Assembly: GCA_002269645.1 (NCBI GenBank)
Contig: NIVC01002602.1
Coordinates: forward strand, 93,850 to 157,849
Direction of reading: 5' to 3'
DNA length: 64,000 nucleotides
Source: Macrostomum lignano
Taxonomy: Eukaryota
Shown: one piece after another, positions 25,425 through 38,984 of the stretch
Position numbering within the stretch: position 1 is the first letter of the stretch
Layout of the letters: each line of letters opens with the position of its first letter
Program-made: the position numbers and the translations under genes
The notes under the pieces: model-generated
What the model was told of the DNA's origin: nothing
Seen by the model: the letters and a program-made list of their open reading frames with translations, nothing else
The model's database searches: none

Positions 25425-27685
25425 TTACAATTTCCTGTACAAGCAGAATCTCTCTTTACCAGCAAAGTCCGATTCGATGCGATCCAGGCGCAACGAGCCT
25501 CGATTTTGGAACCGATCTCTCAACAGTTGACCATGACTTGAGTCCATTTCGAATGCCAGCCACCTTAAAATAAAAAATTAACACTCATAGATCAAACATC
25601 TTTCTTACCATCAATATCAATGACCAATAATAATGACCCCAATTGTTATGACCAAAATTAATGACCCCAATTGTTATGACCAATATTAATGACCCTAATT
25701 CTTACTATCAATATCAATGACCAATAATAATGACCCCTATTATTAGGACCAATAATAATGACACCAATGTTATGACCAACATAAATGACCAAATGTGTTA
25801 AGACAAACAACAATGACCATATTTGTTATGACCAATATCAATGACCAAAATTTTCATGACCAATCTGTATGAACCCTAGAGAATTGACTGAAAGCTACCT
25901 TTTAGCCTACGACTTCATGACCTCAAAAGCTACCATACGCTTTACGACCCAGCCAATCCAAATGACTCACCCGCCAGTTGCTAATCGGGCATCGGCGAAC
26001 TCCATGAGCTGAACAATGACTCCCAAACCGTCGCCGCCGCCGCCGCCGCGCAAAGCAACGGGCGACTCGAAGGTCACTTCCGGTTGCAATTGTCGCATAT
26101 CGAGTTCCGGCACGTAGGGTGGATTAGCAACTATTAGCGAAAGTGGCGGAGCGCGTCCTAGTAACCCGGGCGTTGCTAGGGACGCGTTGATCAAATGAAG
26201 CCGATTAGAGACGCCGTTGCGATGGCAATTCTCCCAGGTCAGATGGCAAGCTTCGGGCAGAAGCTCGATGGCCAGGCAGTGCGCCTGAATTGTGCCGGTT
26301 TTTGGGATAATCTCATTAGTGATTTAGGATGATTTCATTAGTGATTTGGGATAATCTCATTAGTGATTTAGGATGATCTCATTAGTGATTTGGGATAATC
26401 TCATTAGTGATTTAGGATGATCTCATTAGTGATTTGGGATAATCTCATTAGTGATTTAGTATGATCTCATTAGTGATTTGGGATAATCTCATTAGTGATT
26501 TAGGATGATCTCATTAGTGATTTGGGATCATCTCATTAGTGATTTGGGATAATCTCATTAGTGATTTAGGATGATCTCATTAGTGATTTAGGATGATTTC
26601 ATTAGTGATTTGGGATCATCTCATTAGTGATTTGGGATAATCTCATTAGTGATTTGGGATGATCTCATTAATGATTTGGGATAATCTCATTAGTGATTTA
26701 GGATAATCTCATTAGTGATTTGGGATAATCTCATTAGTGATTTAGGATGATCTCATTAGTGATTTGGGATAATCTCATTAGTGATTTGGGATAATCTCAT
26801 TAGTGATTTGGGATAATCTCATTAGTGATTTGGGATCATCTCATTAGTGATTTAGGATAATCTCATTAGTGATTTGGGATAATCTCATTAGTGATTTGGG
26901 ATAATCTCATTAGTGATTTGGGATAATCTCATTAGTGATTTGGGATCATCTCATTAGTGATTTAGGATAATCTCATTAGTGATTTGGGATAATCTCATTA
27001 GTGATTAAGGATAATCTCATTAATGATTTGGGATAATCTCATTAGTGATTTAGGATGATCTCATTAGTGAGTTTAGGATAAGCTGTAGTGATTCAGGATA
27101 ATCGCATCGGCCATTTAGGATAATTTCAATATTGAGTTAAGATAATCTGATCAATTCTGGGAGACATTGTCAGCAGAGATAGTAACTAATATGATATCAA
27201 AATTAGCCAGCTAATTGCCAGACTCAGGTAACCGGGTGTCCAATTTCCTCATCATTAGGTAGCAAAAGCAAGTCAAAGCCAAGAAGCCGTTTTTCTTTGT
27301 AGGCGCTTTTTTAATCAAGGCCGTTCAAAGAAGAGAAATTCCCCAGGAAATTAGAAGGGCAACATTGACGGCGACACTACAGAAGCTTCTGCAGTTTTGT
27401 CTTAGAAGGGAAAAACTGTTGCAATAACATTGGAAAACATTTTGCTGACCAGCGGCAGGTCGCGAAGCAGACAGACGGACACGGCACCGGAGCCGGTGCA
27501 CACCTCGCTGAACAGGCGAGGGCGGGAGAGGCTGTGCGGATGCGATGATGAAGCTCCGACTGCGGACCAGCACTGCTTTGCCAGGTCTACCAGCTTCTGC
27601 GGGGATGGGGCAGACACTCTGGCTGATGGTAAGACAGACAGACAGACAGACACAGAGACAGACAGGCAGACAGACAGACAGACAC

Positions 27686-27720
<35 letters not shown>

Positions 27721-27721
27721 C

Positions 27722-27784
<63 letters not shown>

Positions 27785-28019
27785 GGCAGACAGTCATACA
27801 GACAGACAGACACAGAGACAGACAGGCAGACAGACAGACAGACAGACACAGAGACAGACAGACAGGCAGACAGACACAGACAGACACAGAGGCAGACAGA
27901 CAGACACAGAGACAGACAGACACACAGACAGACAGACAGACAGACAGACACAGAGACAGACAGACACACAGACAGACAGACAGACAGACAGACACAGAGA
28001 TAGACAGGCAGACAGTCAT

Positions 28020-28050
<31 letters not shown>

Positions 28051-29493
28051 CAGAGATAGACAGAGACAGACAGACGGCAGACAGACAGACAGACACAGAG
28101 ACAGACAGACAGGCAGACAGACACAGAGACAGACACACAGACAGACAGACAGACAAAGAGACAGACAGGCAAAAGCAAGACAAACAGAATGGAGATTTTA
28201 CATGTACCGGAAACCCACCTCCGTCTCGGGCCTGGGAATGAACACGGGAGCTCGCATAACCAAACTGACATCGCGAAAATCCCATTCTCCAAGAATGTAC
28301 TGCAGCGGCTCCCTTGAAAATTTTAATTACGAGAATTATTACGATATGACTTTAGGAGAAAATTTAAACTTGATTAGTTACCTTTGAAGTCTTCTGTTGC
28401 ATAGGCCAGTTAGCTTCGATAATTGTTGGGCAGTTAATTCTAAACGACTGTGCTCCCGGGTCAGCTAGGAGTAAACAAATAGTAAACATGCAGAACTCGA
28501 TAATTTGAATAGACAGGTAGATTAGATAAGAATAGATGGGTACTGTTATAAGTAAAGGAAGTCGAAGTCTAGTGCTTGATCGTAGCGGCAATTACATTTG
28601 TTGGTGTATATGCCAAACTAAAGCAGAAATTTTCCTTTTTGTATTAAGAAATAGCGGGGTCTTAACTTTAAGCTGCAGGATGGTCAGCAGAGCTTTAAAA
28701 GCTGATTTACTTTTACAAAGTGCTGTAGTGGCTATTGCTAGATATCGAGTGTACACACTGCATAATCTATATAGAGATCATTAAGTTAAAATGCACTTTG
28801 AAACTGCTTTTTTCGACCCTAGATTTGTCCAAGCCAAGTATAAAATGTCCGACCCTTCTCGGCTAGAGTGGCTTTGCACAGCGGGGCATTAAGATTATAG
28901 CTATAGTCTATGGCCAGCCCAGCTGACCATGTCGGCAGGAACGGAGCTTTTGCATTTCTAGCTCCGGCGCGGAAAGGTTAATGGCTCAGAAATAATAGCC
29001 ATAGACAATATACATGTATAAAAGGTCAAAACATATCTATAGCACGATATAACAGCTGTAATCTATAGCTCCATAGCAACGGATATCATTAGTTCCATAG
29101 CAACGGATATCATTAGCTCCATAGCAACGGATATCATTTGCCCCATAGCAACGGATATCATTAGCTCGATAGCAACGGATATTATTAGCGCCATAGCAAC
29201 GGATATCATTTGCCCCATATCAACGGATATCATTAGCTCGATAGCAACGGATATCATTAGCTTCATAGCAACAGGTTTATTAGCTCCATAGCAACAGGTT
29301 TATTAGCCCCATAGCAACGGATATCATGGCTTAGCTTCATTTCCTATAATTCCAGTAAAAGTGCACCTCTCACCGTTCGCTGGCCTATGCAGTGAGCCAA
29401 CAGGTACTTGGCGCTCGCTCCGGGATCGGGCACGCCGACCTTGGAAAATAGGCGATGCAGACGACTGCGTAGCTTGGATACACGTGTTGTCAT
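25425..29493 (-). CDS. HEMK1: HemK/PrmC-family release-factor glutamine N5-methyltransferase, intact copy A (about 298 aa)
   Basis: Exons 29493-29374, 28464-28382, 28312-28219, 27596-27450, 26284-25971, 25563-25425, all GT-AG and phase-consistent. Motifs [32 protein letters not shown] (SAM motif I), [30 protein letters not shown]. An additional upstream exon cannot be excluded. Confidence 0.9.
26304..27085. repeat. 22-bp minisatellite GGGATAATCTCATTAGTGATTT in HEMK1-A intron 4
   Basis: Tandem copies. Confidence 0.97.
27633..28170. repeat. Compound (GACA)n microsatellite in HEMK1-A intron 3
   Basis: Direct reading; paralogue at 36960-37365. Confidence 0.95.
29063..29330. repeat. 24-bp minisatellite CTCCATAGCAACGGATATCATTAG in HEMK1-A intron 1
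   Basis: Tandem copies; longer paralogue at 38985-39515. Confidence 0.93.
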
Positions 29494-29499
29494 AGCAAC
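29486..29499. promoter_or_regulatory. RFX X-box-like palindrome overlapping the HEMK1 start codon (copy B at 39674-39687)
   Basis: GTTGTCATAGCAAC (A) and GTTGCCATAGCAAC (B) fit the GTHNYYATRRNAAC consensus. Confidence 0.35.
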
Positions 29500-30544
29500 T
29501 GTTAATGCTGGCGCCTGCGACTAAAGGCCAGGCTGGAACAAGGAACAGGCTGGGTCAAGTAGTTAAACACGAAACGTGGAGTTAAACAATCGATTAAGCT
29601 GCACAGTAAGCTTTTTTTAACCAGAATCACCTTAGCAACGATATCAGTATCCGCATAGCAGCTGGAGTTTTTAGGCTTAGCAACGGTTGCATCCGCATAG
29701 CAACTAGTGTTTTAAAGCTTAGCAACGGTTGTATCCGCATAGCAACTGGATTCTTTAAGCTCAGCAATGGTTGCATCCGCATAGCAATTGGATTTTTTTT
29801 AGCTTAGCAACGGTCGCATCCGCATAGCAACTGGATTTTTTAAAGCATAGCAACGGCTGTATCCGCATAGCAACCGAGATGTAACTCTAGTAGCAGTAAA
29901 GCAACTAGTTGTAAAAGTTTGCTACTATCATGGACAAACAAATACTAGGAGGTACACTCGGCCCTAAGCAAACTCGAAATTATATTCCCAAAATACACAA
30001 GAATACATCTGCATTCGCCACTGCAGCCGCAGGACATCAAATGTGGCTCAAGTTAGTTAAGACGAAAGCAGGGCTATTGATAGACACAGCGGCAACAGCA
30101 AGAAGCCATACACCGAGCACCGAAGCCATAAAAATGTCGTCTTATCCGGAAACTATGAGCCGGCAATATTAATTACTAATATTACTATTATATAGCCTGC
30201 TCTTTGTTGCTCAAAGTCGCATACTGAACTAATGCCGTTGAGCTGACGTGTAACAGGCAAAATTAAGAAATGTTATTCTTTTCAATCGTGTACGACTGTA
30301 GTTTGCAATCAGTAAGATGACAGTTTTTGTAACAAGAGTTTATAATTATCACCTTTATCCGGTTGTGCAAACTTTTGCTCATCTTAGCCATTGACTCCGT
30401 TTATCAATAAGCTCAAAGTTGTCAATAGGTTGGCTTAATGCCAAAACAAGACAAGCTTTTAATAAGATTGATACATGGCTGAATGTTAATAAAGCTTATT
30501 AGTTTTTTTGCTAATTTTTCAAGTTTCTAAAGGTGGGAATTAAG

Positions 30545-30780
30545 TCAGGAGGAGCCACACAAAGCCTGGTTCGATTCCCTGAGCAGCCTGATCAGGGAGC
30601 TGTCGAGAGATCACAGCCATGAAGGCCAGCCCCCTAAGGCTCAGAGAGTGCACATGTCTGACGATTGGACAGTCAATGGAGACGCTGTACACCCTATAGG
30701 AGCGTGTGTTTGAGTATTGGCGCGCTTGTGTATGTTCAGGAGTCAGCGGAATTGGTCAAGGAAAATTCCCTAGAGAAGTT
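30545..30780 (+). other. GC-rich non-coding module with a B-box-like GGTTCGATTCCC (candidate SINE/Pol III RNA); further copies at about 32890, 40730, 43045
   Basis: B-box-like motif at 30568; diverged inverted relatives at 31730-31920 and 41885-42075; no ORF. Confidence 0.3.
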
Positions 30781-31357
30781 CTGTAGCTCAAGTTAGTTAA
30801 GACAACATTAGGCTACTGTTTAGAAGCCCAAAAAAATCATCTTATCCGGAAACTTTGAGCAGCAAGTAGAAATATTGTAGCCTGCCGATATGTTGCTAAA
30901 AAAACATTTTTTGTAGTTGCTTTAGCTGACGTGTTGACAGGCAAATAATAATAATTGATTACACCTGCCCCAATTAGGCGAAATTTGCAACCGACAGCTC
31001 AGCCGCAACTATTGCGCCGCGCATCTGAAGGCTGCTTACGGCTGATCAGTCCGAAGACTGGGGGGAGGTCCCCACACACACCCTCAATTACCCCAGCTAA
31101 TGCTGGTACTAGAATATGTGGGCTCGTCTGAGGGACTCCGAAGCTAAATATTATTACCATGTGATTCAACTGTGTGAAAAAGTAAGACAATTTGGAACTG
31201 TAAACAATCAATGAGGAGTGATTTTTATTAGCTAAAAGGAATAAAAACTACTGAACTAGTGCTTTTTTTCAATGAAGCAAAACTTTAAATTTTACATTCT
31301 GTTCGTGACTTCTACGACAGTGCATATTTTTGTTATTGTACATACGGGTTGGGAATG

Positions 31358-31730
31358 TCAGGAAGTGTCAATATAGGGTGTCAGGAAGTGTCAATATAGG
31401 GTGTCAGGATGTGTCAATATAGGGTGTCAGGAAGTGTCAATATAGGGTGTCAGGATTCGTCAATATAGGGTGTCAGCAAGTGTCAATATAGGGTGTCAGG
31501 ATTCGTCAATATAGGGTGTCAGGAAGTGTCAATATAGGGTGTCAGGAAGTGTCAATATAGCGAGTCAGGAAGTGTCAATATAGAGTGTCAGAAAGTGTCA
31601 ATATAGGGTGTCAGGAAGTGTCAATATAGGGTGTCAGGAAGTGTCAATATAGGGTGTCAGGAAGTGTCAATATAGGGTGTCAGGAAGTGTCAATATAGGG
31701 TGTCAGGAAGTGTCAATATAGGGTGTCAGG
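31358..31730. repeat. 23-bp minisatellite AGGGTGTCAGGAAGTGTCAATAT
   Basis: Tandem copies; also at 33697-34729 and 41511-41888. Confidence 0.95.
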
Positions 31731-33696
31731 ATGCCAGACGCGCACTCATACACGTACACGCTCATCCAGGGTGTACAACGGCCCAGACTTTCTAATCGTC
31801 AGACATGTACACTCTGTGCCTTGGGGGTTGGCCCTCGTGCATGTAAATCGCGCGAAAATCCCCCGATTCAAACCAGGGGTTGCAGCGCGAGTATTAGAAG
31901 ACACGCGTTTACCGCGTTGAACTTTTTTGACCTGGGCAAATTTATAAGCAAATAATACTACTTAGTATAGTATTATACACGTTAGTTAGTTTACTTTGTT
32001 AGTATATACGAATTTAAGACTAGCAACTATTCACTATCTGACAATCTATTTAAGTGAAATCAAAAGTCAATTAAAACGACAAAATAAGCACCATTTTTAA
32101 AAAAATATATATATACAATGATTACGAGGGGCGTCTAAAATGCAGATACTTTTCTCTATTTGATTTATAATTCAACAAGTTTGAAGTCAAAAGAAAAGCT
32201 GAAATTTTTCACTTTCCAATTCTTTGGACACCATTCTCAAGTACCTGGCAAAGCAGGTTGATTACAAAAATAAATAGTTACTACCTACAAGTCGTAGATA
32301 CAACTTGATATGATTGGTTTACAATCGCACAATGAGTGCAATGGTACTCATCCAGTGCCGCATTGACTCCACTATAGGAATTGTACTTCAACGTGATGAA
32401 AAACAAATGAGACCAATCCTAATAGCACGTGTAGGTCAAGTTAGTTAAGGCGACGTTGCACTAGTTGAGAAAGCCATAAAAATGTCGTCTTATCCGGAAA
32501 CTATGAGCCGGCAATATTAATTACTAATATTACTATTATATAGCCTGCTCTTTGTTGCTCAAAGTCGCATACTGAACTAATGCCGTTGAGCTGACGTGTA
32601 ACAGGCAAAATTAAGAAATGTTATTCTTTTCAATCGTGTACGACTGTAGTTTGCAATCAGTAAGATGACAGTTTTTGTAACAAGAGTTTATAATTATCAC
32701 CTTTATCCGGTTGTGCAAACTTTTGCTCATCTTAGCCATTGACTCCGTTTATCAATAAGCTCAAAGTTGTCAATAGGTTGGCTTAATGCCAAAACAAGAC
32801 AAGCTTTTAATAAGATTGATACATGGCTGAATGTTAATAAAGCTTATTAGTTTTTTTGCTAATTTTTCAAGTTTCTAAAGGTGGGAATTAAGTCAGGAGG
32901 AGCCACACAAAGCCTGGTTCGATTCCCTGAGCAGCCTGATCAGGGAGCTGTCGAGAGATCACAGCCATGAAGGCCAGCCCCCTAAGGCTCAGAGAGTGCA
33001 CATGTCTGACGATTGGACAGTCAATGGAGACGCTGTACACCCTATAGGAGCGTGTGTTTGAGTATTGGCGCGCTTGTGTATGTTCAGGAGTCAGCGGAAT
33101 TGGTCAAGGAAAATTCCCTAGAGAAGTTCTGTAGCTCAAGTTAGTTAAGACAACATTAGGCTACTGTTTAGAAGCCCAAAAAAATCATCTTATCCGGAAA
33201 CTTTGAGCAGCAAGTAGAAATATTGTAGCCTGCCGATATGTTGCTAAAAAAACATTTTTTGTAGTTGCTTTAGCTGACGTGTTGACAGGCAAATAATAAT
33301 AATTGATTACACCTGCCCCAATTAGGCGAAATTTGCAACCGACAGCTCAGCCGCAACTATTGCGCCGCGCATCTGAAGGCTGCTTACGGCTGATCAGTCC
33401 GAAGACTGGGGGGAGGTCCCCACACACACCCTCAATTACCCCAGCTAATGCTGGTACTAGAATATGTGGGCTCGTCTGAGGGACTCCGAAGCTAAATATT
33501 ATTACCATGTGATTCAACTGTGTGAAAAAGTAAGACAATTTGGAACTGTAAACAATCAATGAGTGATTTTTATTAGCTAAAATGAATAAAACTACTGATT
33601 TAGTGCTTTTTTTCAATGAAGCAAAACTTTAAATTTTACATTTTGTTCGTGACTTCTACGACAGTGTATATTTTTGTTATTGTGCATACGGTTGGG

Positions 33697-34729
33697 AATG
33701 TCAGGAAGTGTCAATATAGGGTGTCGGGAAGTGTCAATATAGGGTGTCAGGAAGTGTCAATATAGGGTGTCAGGAAGTGTCAATATAGGGTGTCAGGATT
33801 CGTCAATATAGGGTGTCAGGAAGTGTCAATATAGGGTGTCAGGAAGTGTCAATATAGGGTGTCAGGATTCGTCAATATAGGGTGTCAGCAAGTGTCAATA
33901 TAGGGTGTCAGGATTCGTCAATATAGGGTGTCAGCAAGTGTCAATATAGGGTGTCAGGATTCGTCAATATAGGGTGTCAGGAAGTGTCAATATAGGGTGT
34001 CAGGATTCGTCAATATAGGGTGTCAGCAAGTGTCAATATAGGGTGTCAGGATTCGTCAATATAGGGTGTCAGGAAGTGTCAATATAGGGTGTCAGGATTC
34101 GTCAATATAGGGTGTCAGGAAGTGTCAATATAGGGTGTCAGGATTCGTCAATATAGGGTGTCAGCAAGTGTCAATATAGGGTGTCAGGATTCGTCAATAT
34201 AGGGTGTCAGGAAGTGTCAATATAGGGTGTCAGGATTCGTCAATATAGGGTGTCAGCAAGTGTCAATATAGGGTGTCAGGATTCGTCAATATAGGGTGTC
34301 AGCAAGTGTCAATATAGGGTGTCAGGATTCGTCAATATAGGGTGTCAGGAAGTGTCAATATAGGGTGTCAGGATTCGTCAATATAGGGTGTCAGCAAGTG
34401 TCAATATAGGGTGTCAGGATTCGTCAATATAGGGTGTCAGGAAGTGTCAATATAGGGTGTCAGGAAGTGTCAATATAGCGAGTCAGGAAGTGTCAATATA
34501 GAGTGTCAGGAAGTGTCAATATAGGGTGTCAGGAAGTGTCAATATAGGGTGTCAGGAAGTGTCAATATAGCGAGTCAGGAAGTGTCAATATAGAGTGTCA
34601 GGAAGTGTCAATATAGGGTGTCAGGAAGTGTCAATATAGGGTGTCAGGAAGTGTCAATATAGGGTGTCAGGAAGTGTCAATATAGGGTGTCAGCAAGTGT
34701 CAATATAGGGTGTCAGCAAGTGTCAATAT
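33697..34729. repeat. 23-bp minisatellite (expanded array at the duplication junction)
   Basis: Same unit as 31358-31730. Confidence 0.97.
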
Positions 34730-35299
34730 CAATGACCAATTTTATATGATCAATAATAATGACCCCAACTGTTATGACCAACATGAATGACCAAATTTGT
34801 TAAGAGTAACAACAATGACCATATTTGTTATGACCAATATCAATGACCAAAATTTTCATGACCTATCTGTATGAACCCCATAGAATTGACTGAAAGCTAC
34901 CTTTTAGCCTACGACTTCATGACCTCAAGAGCTACCATACGCTTTACGACCCAGCCAATCCAAATGACTCACCCGCCAGTTGCTAATCGGGCATCGGCGA
35001 AGTCCATGAGCTGAACAATGACTCCCAAACCGCCGATGCCGCCGCCGCGCAAAGCAACGGGCGATTCGAAGGTCTCTTCCGGTTGCAATTGTCGCATATC
35101 GAGTTCCGGTACGTAGGGTGGATTAGCAACTATTAGCGAAAGTGGCGGAGCGCGTCCTAGTAACCCGGGCGTTGCTAGGGACGCGTTAATCAAATGAAGC
35201 CGATTAGAGACGCCGTTGCGATGGCAATTCTCCCAGGTCAGATGGCAAGCTTCGGGCAGAAGCTCAATGGCCAGGCAGTGCGCCTGAATTGTGCCGGTT

Positions 35300-36430
35300 T
35301 TGGGATAATCTCATTAGTGATTAAAGATAATCTCATTAGTGATTAAAGATAATCTCATTAGTGATTTGGGATAATCTCATTAGTGATTTGGGATAATCTC
35401 ATTATTGATTTGGGATCATCTCATTAGTGATTTGGGATAATCTCATTAGTGATTAAGGATAATCTCATTAGTGATTAAAGATAATCTCATTAATAATTTG
35501 GGATCATCTCATTAGTGATTTGGGATAATCTCATTAGTGATTTAGGATAATCTCATTAGTGATTTGGGATAATCTCATTAGTGATTTAGGATAATCTCAT
35601 TAGTGATTTGGGATAATCTCATTAGTGATTTGGGATCATCTCATTAGTGATTTGGGATCATCTCATTAGTGATTTGGGATAATCTCATTAGTGATTTAGG
35701 ATAATCTCATTAGTGATTTGGGATAATCTCATTAGTGATTTGGGATAATCTCATTAGTGATTTAGGATGATCTCATTAGTGATTAAGGATGATCTCATTA
35801 GTGATTTACGATAATATCATTAGTGATTTAGGATGATCTCATTAGTGATTTACGATAATCTCATTAGTGATTTAGGATGATCTCATTAGTGATTTAGGAT
35901 AATCTCATTAGTGATTTGGGATAATCTCATTAGTGATTTAGGATCATCTCATTAGTGATTTAGGATGATCTCATTAGTGATTTGGGATCATCTCATTAGT
36001 GATTTGGGATAATCTCATTAGTGATTTGGGATAATCTCATTAGTGATTTACGATAATATCATTAGTGATTAAGGATGATCTCATTAGTGATTTACGATAA
36101 TATCATTAGTGATTTAGGATGATCTCATTAGTGATTTGGGATAATCTCATTAGTGATTTAGGATGATCTCATTAGTGATTTAGGATAATCTCATTAGTGA
36201 TTTGGGATAATCTTATTAGTGATTTAGGATGATCTCATTAGTGATTTGGGATAATCTCATTAGTGATTTGGGATAATCTCATTAGTGATTTGGGATAATC
36301 TCATTAGTGATTTGGGATCATCTCATTAGTGATTAAGGATAATCTCATTAATGATTTGGGATAATCTCATTAGTGATTTAGGATAATCTCATTAGTGAGT
36401 TTAAGATAAGCTGTAGTGATTTAGGATAAT
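35300..36430. repeat. 22-bp minisatellite in HEMK1-B intron 4
   Basis: Paralogue of 26304-27085, longer. Confidence 0.97.
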
Positions 36431-36959
36431 CGCATCGGCCATTTAGGATAATTTCAATATTGAGTTAAGATAACTGATCAATTCTGGGAGACACTGTCAG
36501 CACAGATAGTAACTAATATGATATCAAAGTTAGCCAGCTAATTGCCAGACTCAGGTAACCGGGTGTCCAATTTCCTCATCATTAGGTAGCAAAAGCAAGT
36601 CAAAGCCAAGAAGCCGTTTTTCTTTGTAGGCGCTTTTTTAATCAAGGCCGTTCAAAGAAGAGAAATTCCCCAGGAAATTAGAAGGGCAACACAGACGGCG
36701 ACACTACAGAAGCTTCTGCAGTTTTGTCTTAGAAGGGAAAAACTGTTGCAATAACATTGGAAAACGTTTTGCTGACCTGCGGAAGGTCGCGAAGCAGACA
36801 GACGGACACGGCACCGGAGCCGGTGCACACCTCGCTGAACAGGCGAGGGCGGGAGAGGCTGTGCGGATGCGATGATGAAGCTCCGACTGCGGACCAGCAC
36901 TGCTTTGCCAGGTCTACCAGCTTCTGCGGGGATGGGGCAGACACTCTGGCTGATGGTAA

Positions 36960-36960
36960 C

Positions 36961-37027
<67 letters not shown>

Positions 37028-37030
37028 GGC

Positions 37031-37103
<73 letters not shown>

Positions 37104-37104
37104 C

Positions 37105-37151
<47 letters not shown>

Positions 37152-37152
37152 C

Positions 37153-37195
<43 letters not shown>

Positions 37196-37365
37196 CAGAG
37201 ACAGACAGACAGGTAGGCAGACAGACACAGAGACAGAGAGACAGACAGGCAGACAGACAGACACAGAGACAGACAGACAGACAGACACAGAGACAGACAG
37301 AGAGAGACAGACAGACAGAGACAGACAGACAGACAGACAGACACAGACACAGAGACAGACAGGCA
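36960..37365. repeat. (GACA)n microsatellite in HEMK1-B intron 3
   Basis: Direct reading. Confidence 0.95.
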
Positions 37366-38009
37366 AAGGCAAGACAAACAGAATGGAGATTTTACATGTA
37401 CCGGAAACCCACCTCCGTCTCGGGCCTGGGAATGAACACGGGAGCTCGCATAACCAAACTGACATCGCGAAAATACCATTCTCCAAGAATGTACTGCAGC
37501 GGCTCCCTTGAAAATTTTATTAACGAGAATTATTACGATATGACTTTATGAGAAACTTTAAACTTGATTAGTTACCTTTGAAGTCTTCTGTTGCATAGGC
37601 CAGTTAGCTTCGATAATTGTTGGGCAGTTAATTCTAAACGACTGTGCTCCCGAGTCAGCTAGGGGTAAACAAATAGTAAACATGCAGAACTCGATAATTT
37701 GAATAGACAGGTAGATTAGATAAGAATAGATGGGTACTGTTATAAGTAAAGGAAGTCGAAGTCTAGTGCTTGATCGTAGCGGCAATTACATTTGTTGGTG
37801 TATATGCCAAACTGAAGCAGAAATTTTCCTTTTTGTATTAAAAAGAAATAGCGGGGTCTCAACTTTAAGCTGCCGGATGGTCAGCAGAGCTTTAAAAGCT
37901 GATTTACTTTTAAATAAAATGATGCACTACTCGTATTAAAGAGGTGCAGTGCTTTTTCTTTCAAAAAGGCCTGCTTGCAGATTTCAAAGTGCTTTAGTGG
38001 CTATTGCTA

Positions 38010-38659
38010 TACTGTCCGTCAAAAGTTCCGGAACCCTTGCTACGATGTCTTCTAGCGGACATAATTTCAGTCTGTTTCAATTGTAACTTGATTCAAATGA
38101 AAGCTGCGGATCTCAGCTCCATGATGTGGTCAAGAAAAAGTTTATTCGAAGGAGCGCGTGTGAACAGGCCAGTGTTATGTACATAAAGGTTAGAGAAAAA
38201 AAGTGAGGAAAAGACCCACCACCGCGTCTCAGTGCTAACAACCGGCATTTTGCTAAGCTGGCTTGTTGACGTAGACCCTGTTTTTTACTCTCCCATGAAA
38301 GCTGACTGCACAAGAATCCATAAGAGCCTGTTGATTTCAACACAAGTTTTGGCCATAGACTAATGTTAGCCAGGCTGAACACTGCGCGCAAACCGTTTCC
38401 TTCCCATGTGTGTTTGCTCCATAGACTCAGCAACCAAAGACAATTGCTTGTTTGTCTTTTCCTCACTTTTTTTCTCTAACCTTTATGTACATAACACTGG
38501 CCTGTTCACACGCGCTCCTTCGAATAAACTTTTTCTTGACCACATCATGGAGCTGAGATCCGCAGCTTTCATTTGAATTAAGTTACAATTGAAACGGACT
38601 GAAATTATGTCCGCTAGAAGACATCGTAGCAAGGGTTCCGGAACTTTTGACGGACAGTA
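38010..38659. mobile_element. Tc1/mariner-type MITE, 650 bp, about 205-bp TIRs, TA target-site duplication
   Basis: TA|TACTGTCCGTCAAAAGTTCCGGAAC ... GTTCCGGAACTTTTGACGGACAGTA|TA; arms differ at 2 positions that I could see; empty site ATTGC-TA-GATATCG in the paralogous intron at about 28735-28748. Confidence 0.92.
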
Positions 38660-38984
38660 TAGCTATCGAGTGTACACACAGCATAATCTATATAGAGATC
38701 ATTAAGTTAAAATGCACTTTGAAACTGCTTTTTTCGACCCTAGATTTGTCCAAGCCAAGTATAAAATGCTCCCTTCTCGGCTAGAGTGGCTTTGCACAGC
38801 GGGGCATTAAGATTATAGTTATAGTCTATGGCCAGCCCAGCTGACCATGTCGGCAGGAACGGAGCTTTTGCATTTCTAGCTCCGGCGCGGAAAGGTTAAT
38901 AGCTCAGAAATAATAGCCATAGACAATAGTCAAAACTAGTCAAAAATAGTGAAAACATATCTATAGCACGATATAACAGCTGTA

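Noticed and set aside
29930-30172. 80-aa ORF duplicated identically at 40117-40359
   Set aside because: The identity reflects the recent segmental duplication; it has no recognisable motif and overlaps the promoter-like cassette.
30658-30680. CTGACGA...(G)AAAGTC, resembling a hammerhead ribozyme core
   Set aside because: No workable stems I-III around the core, and GAAA is absent in most copies.
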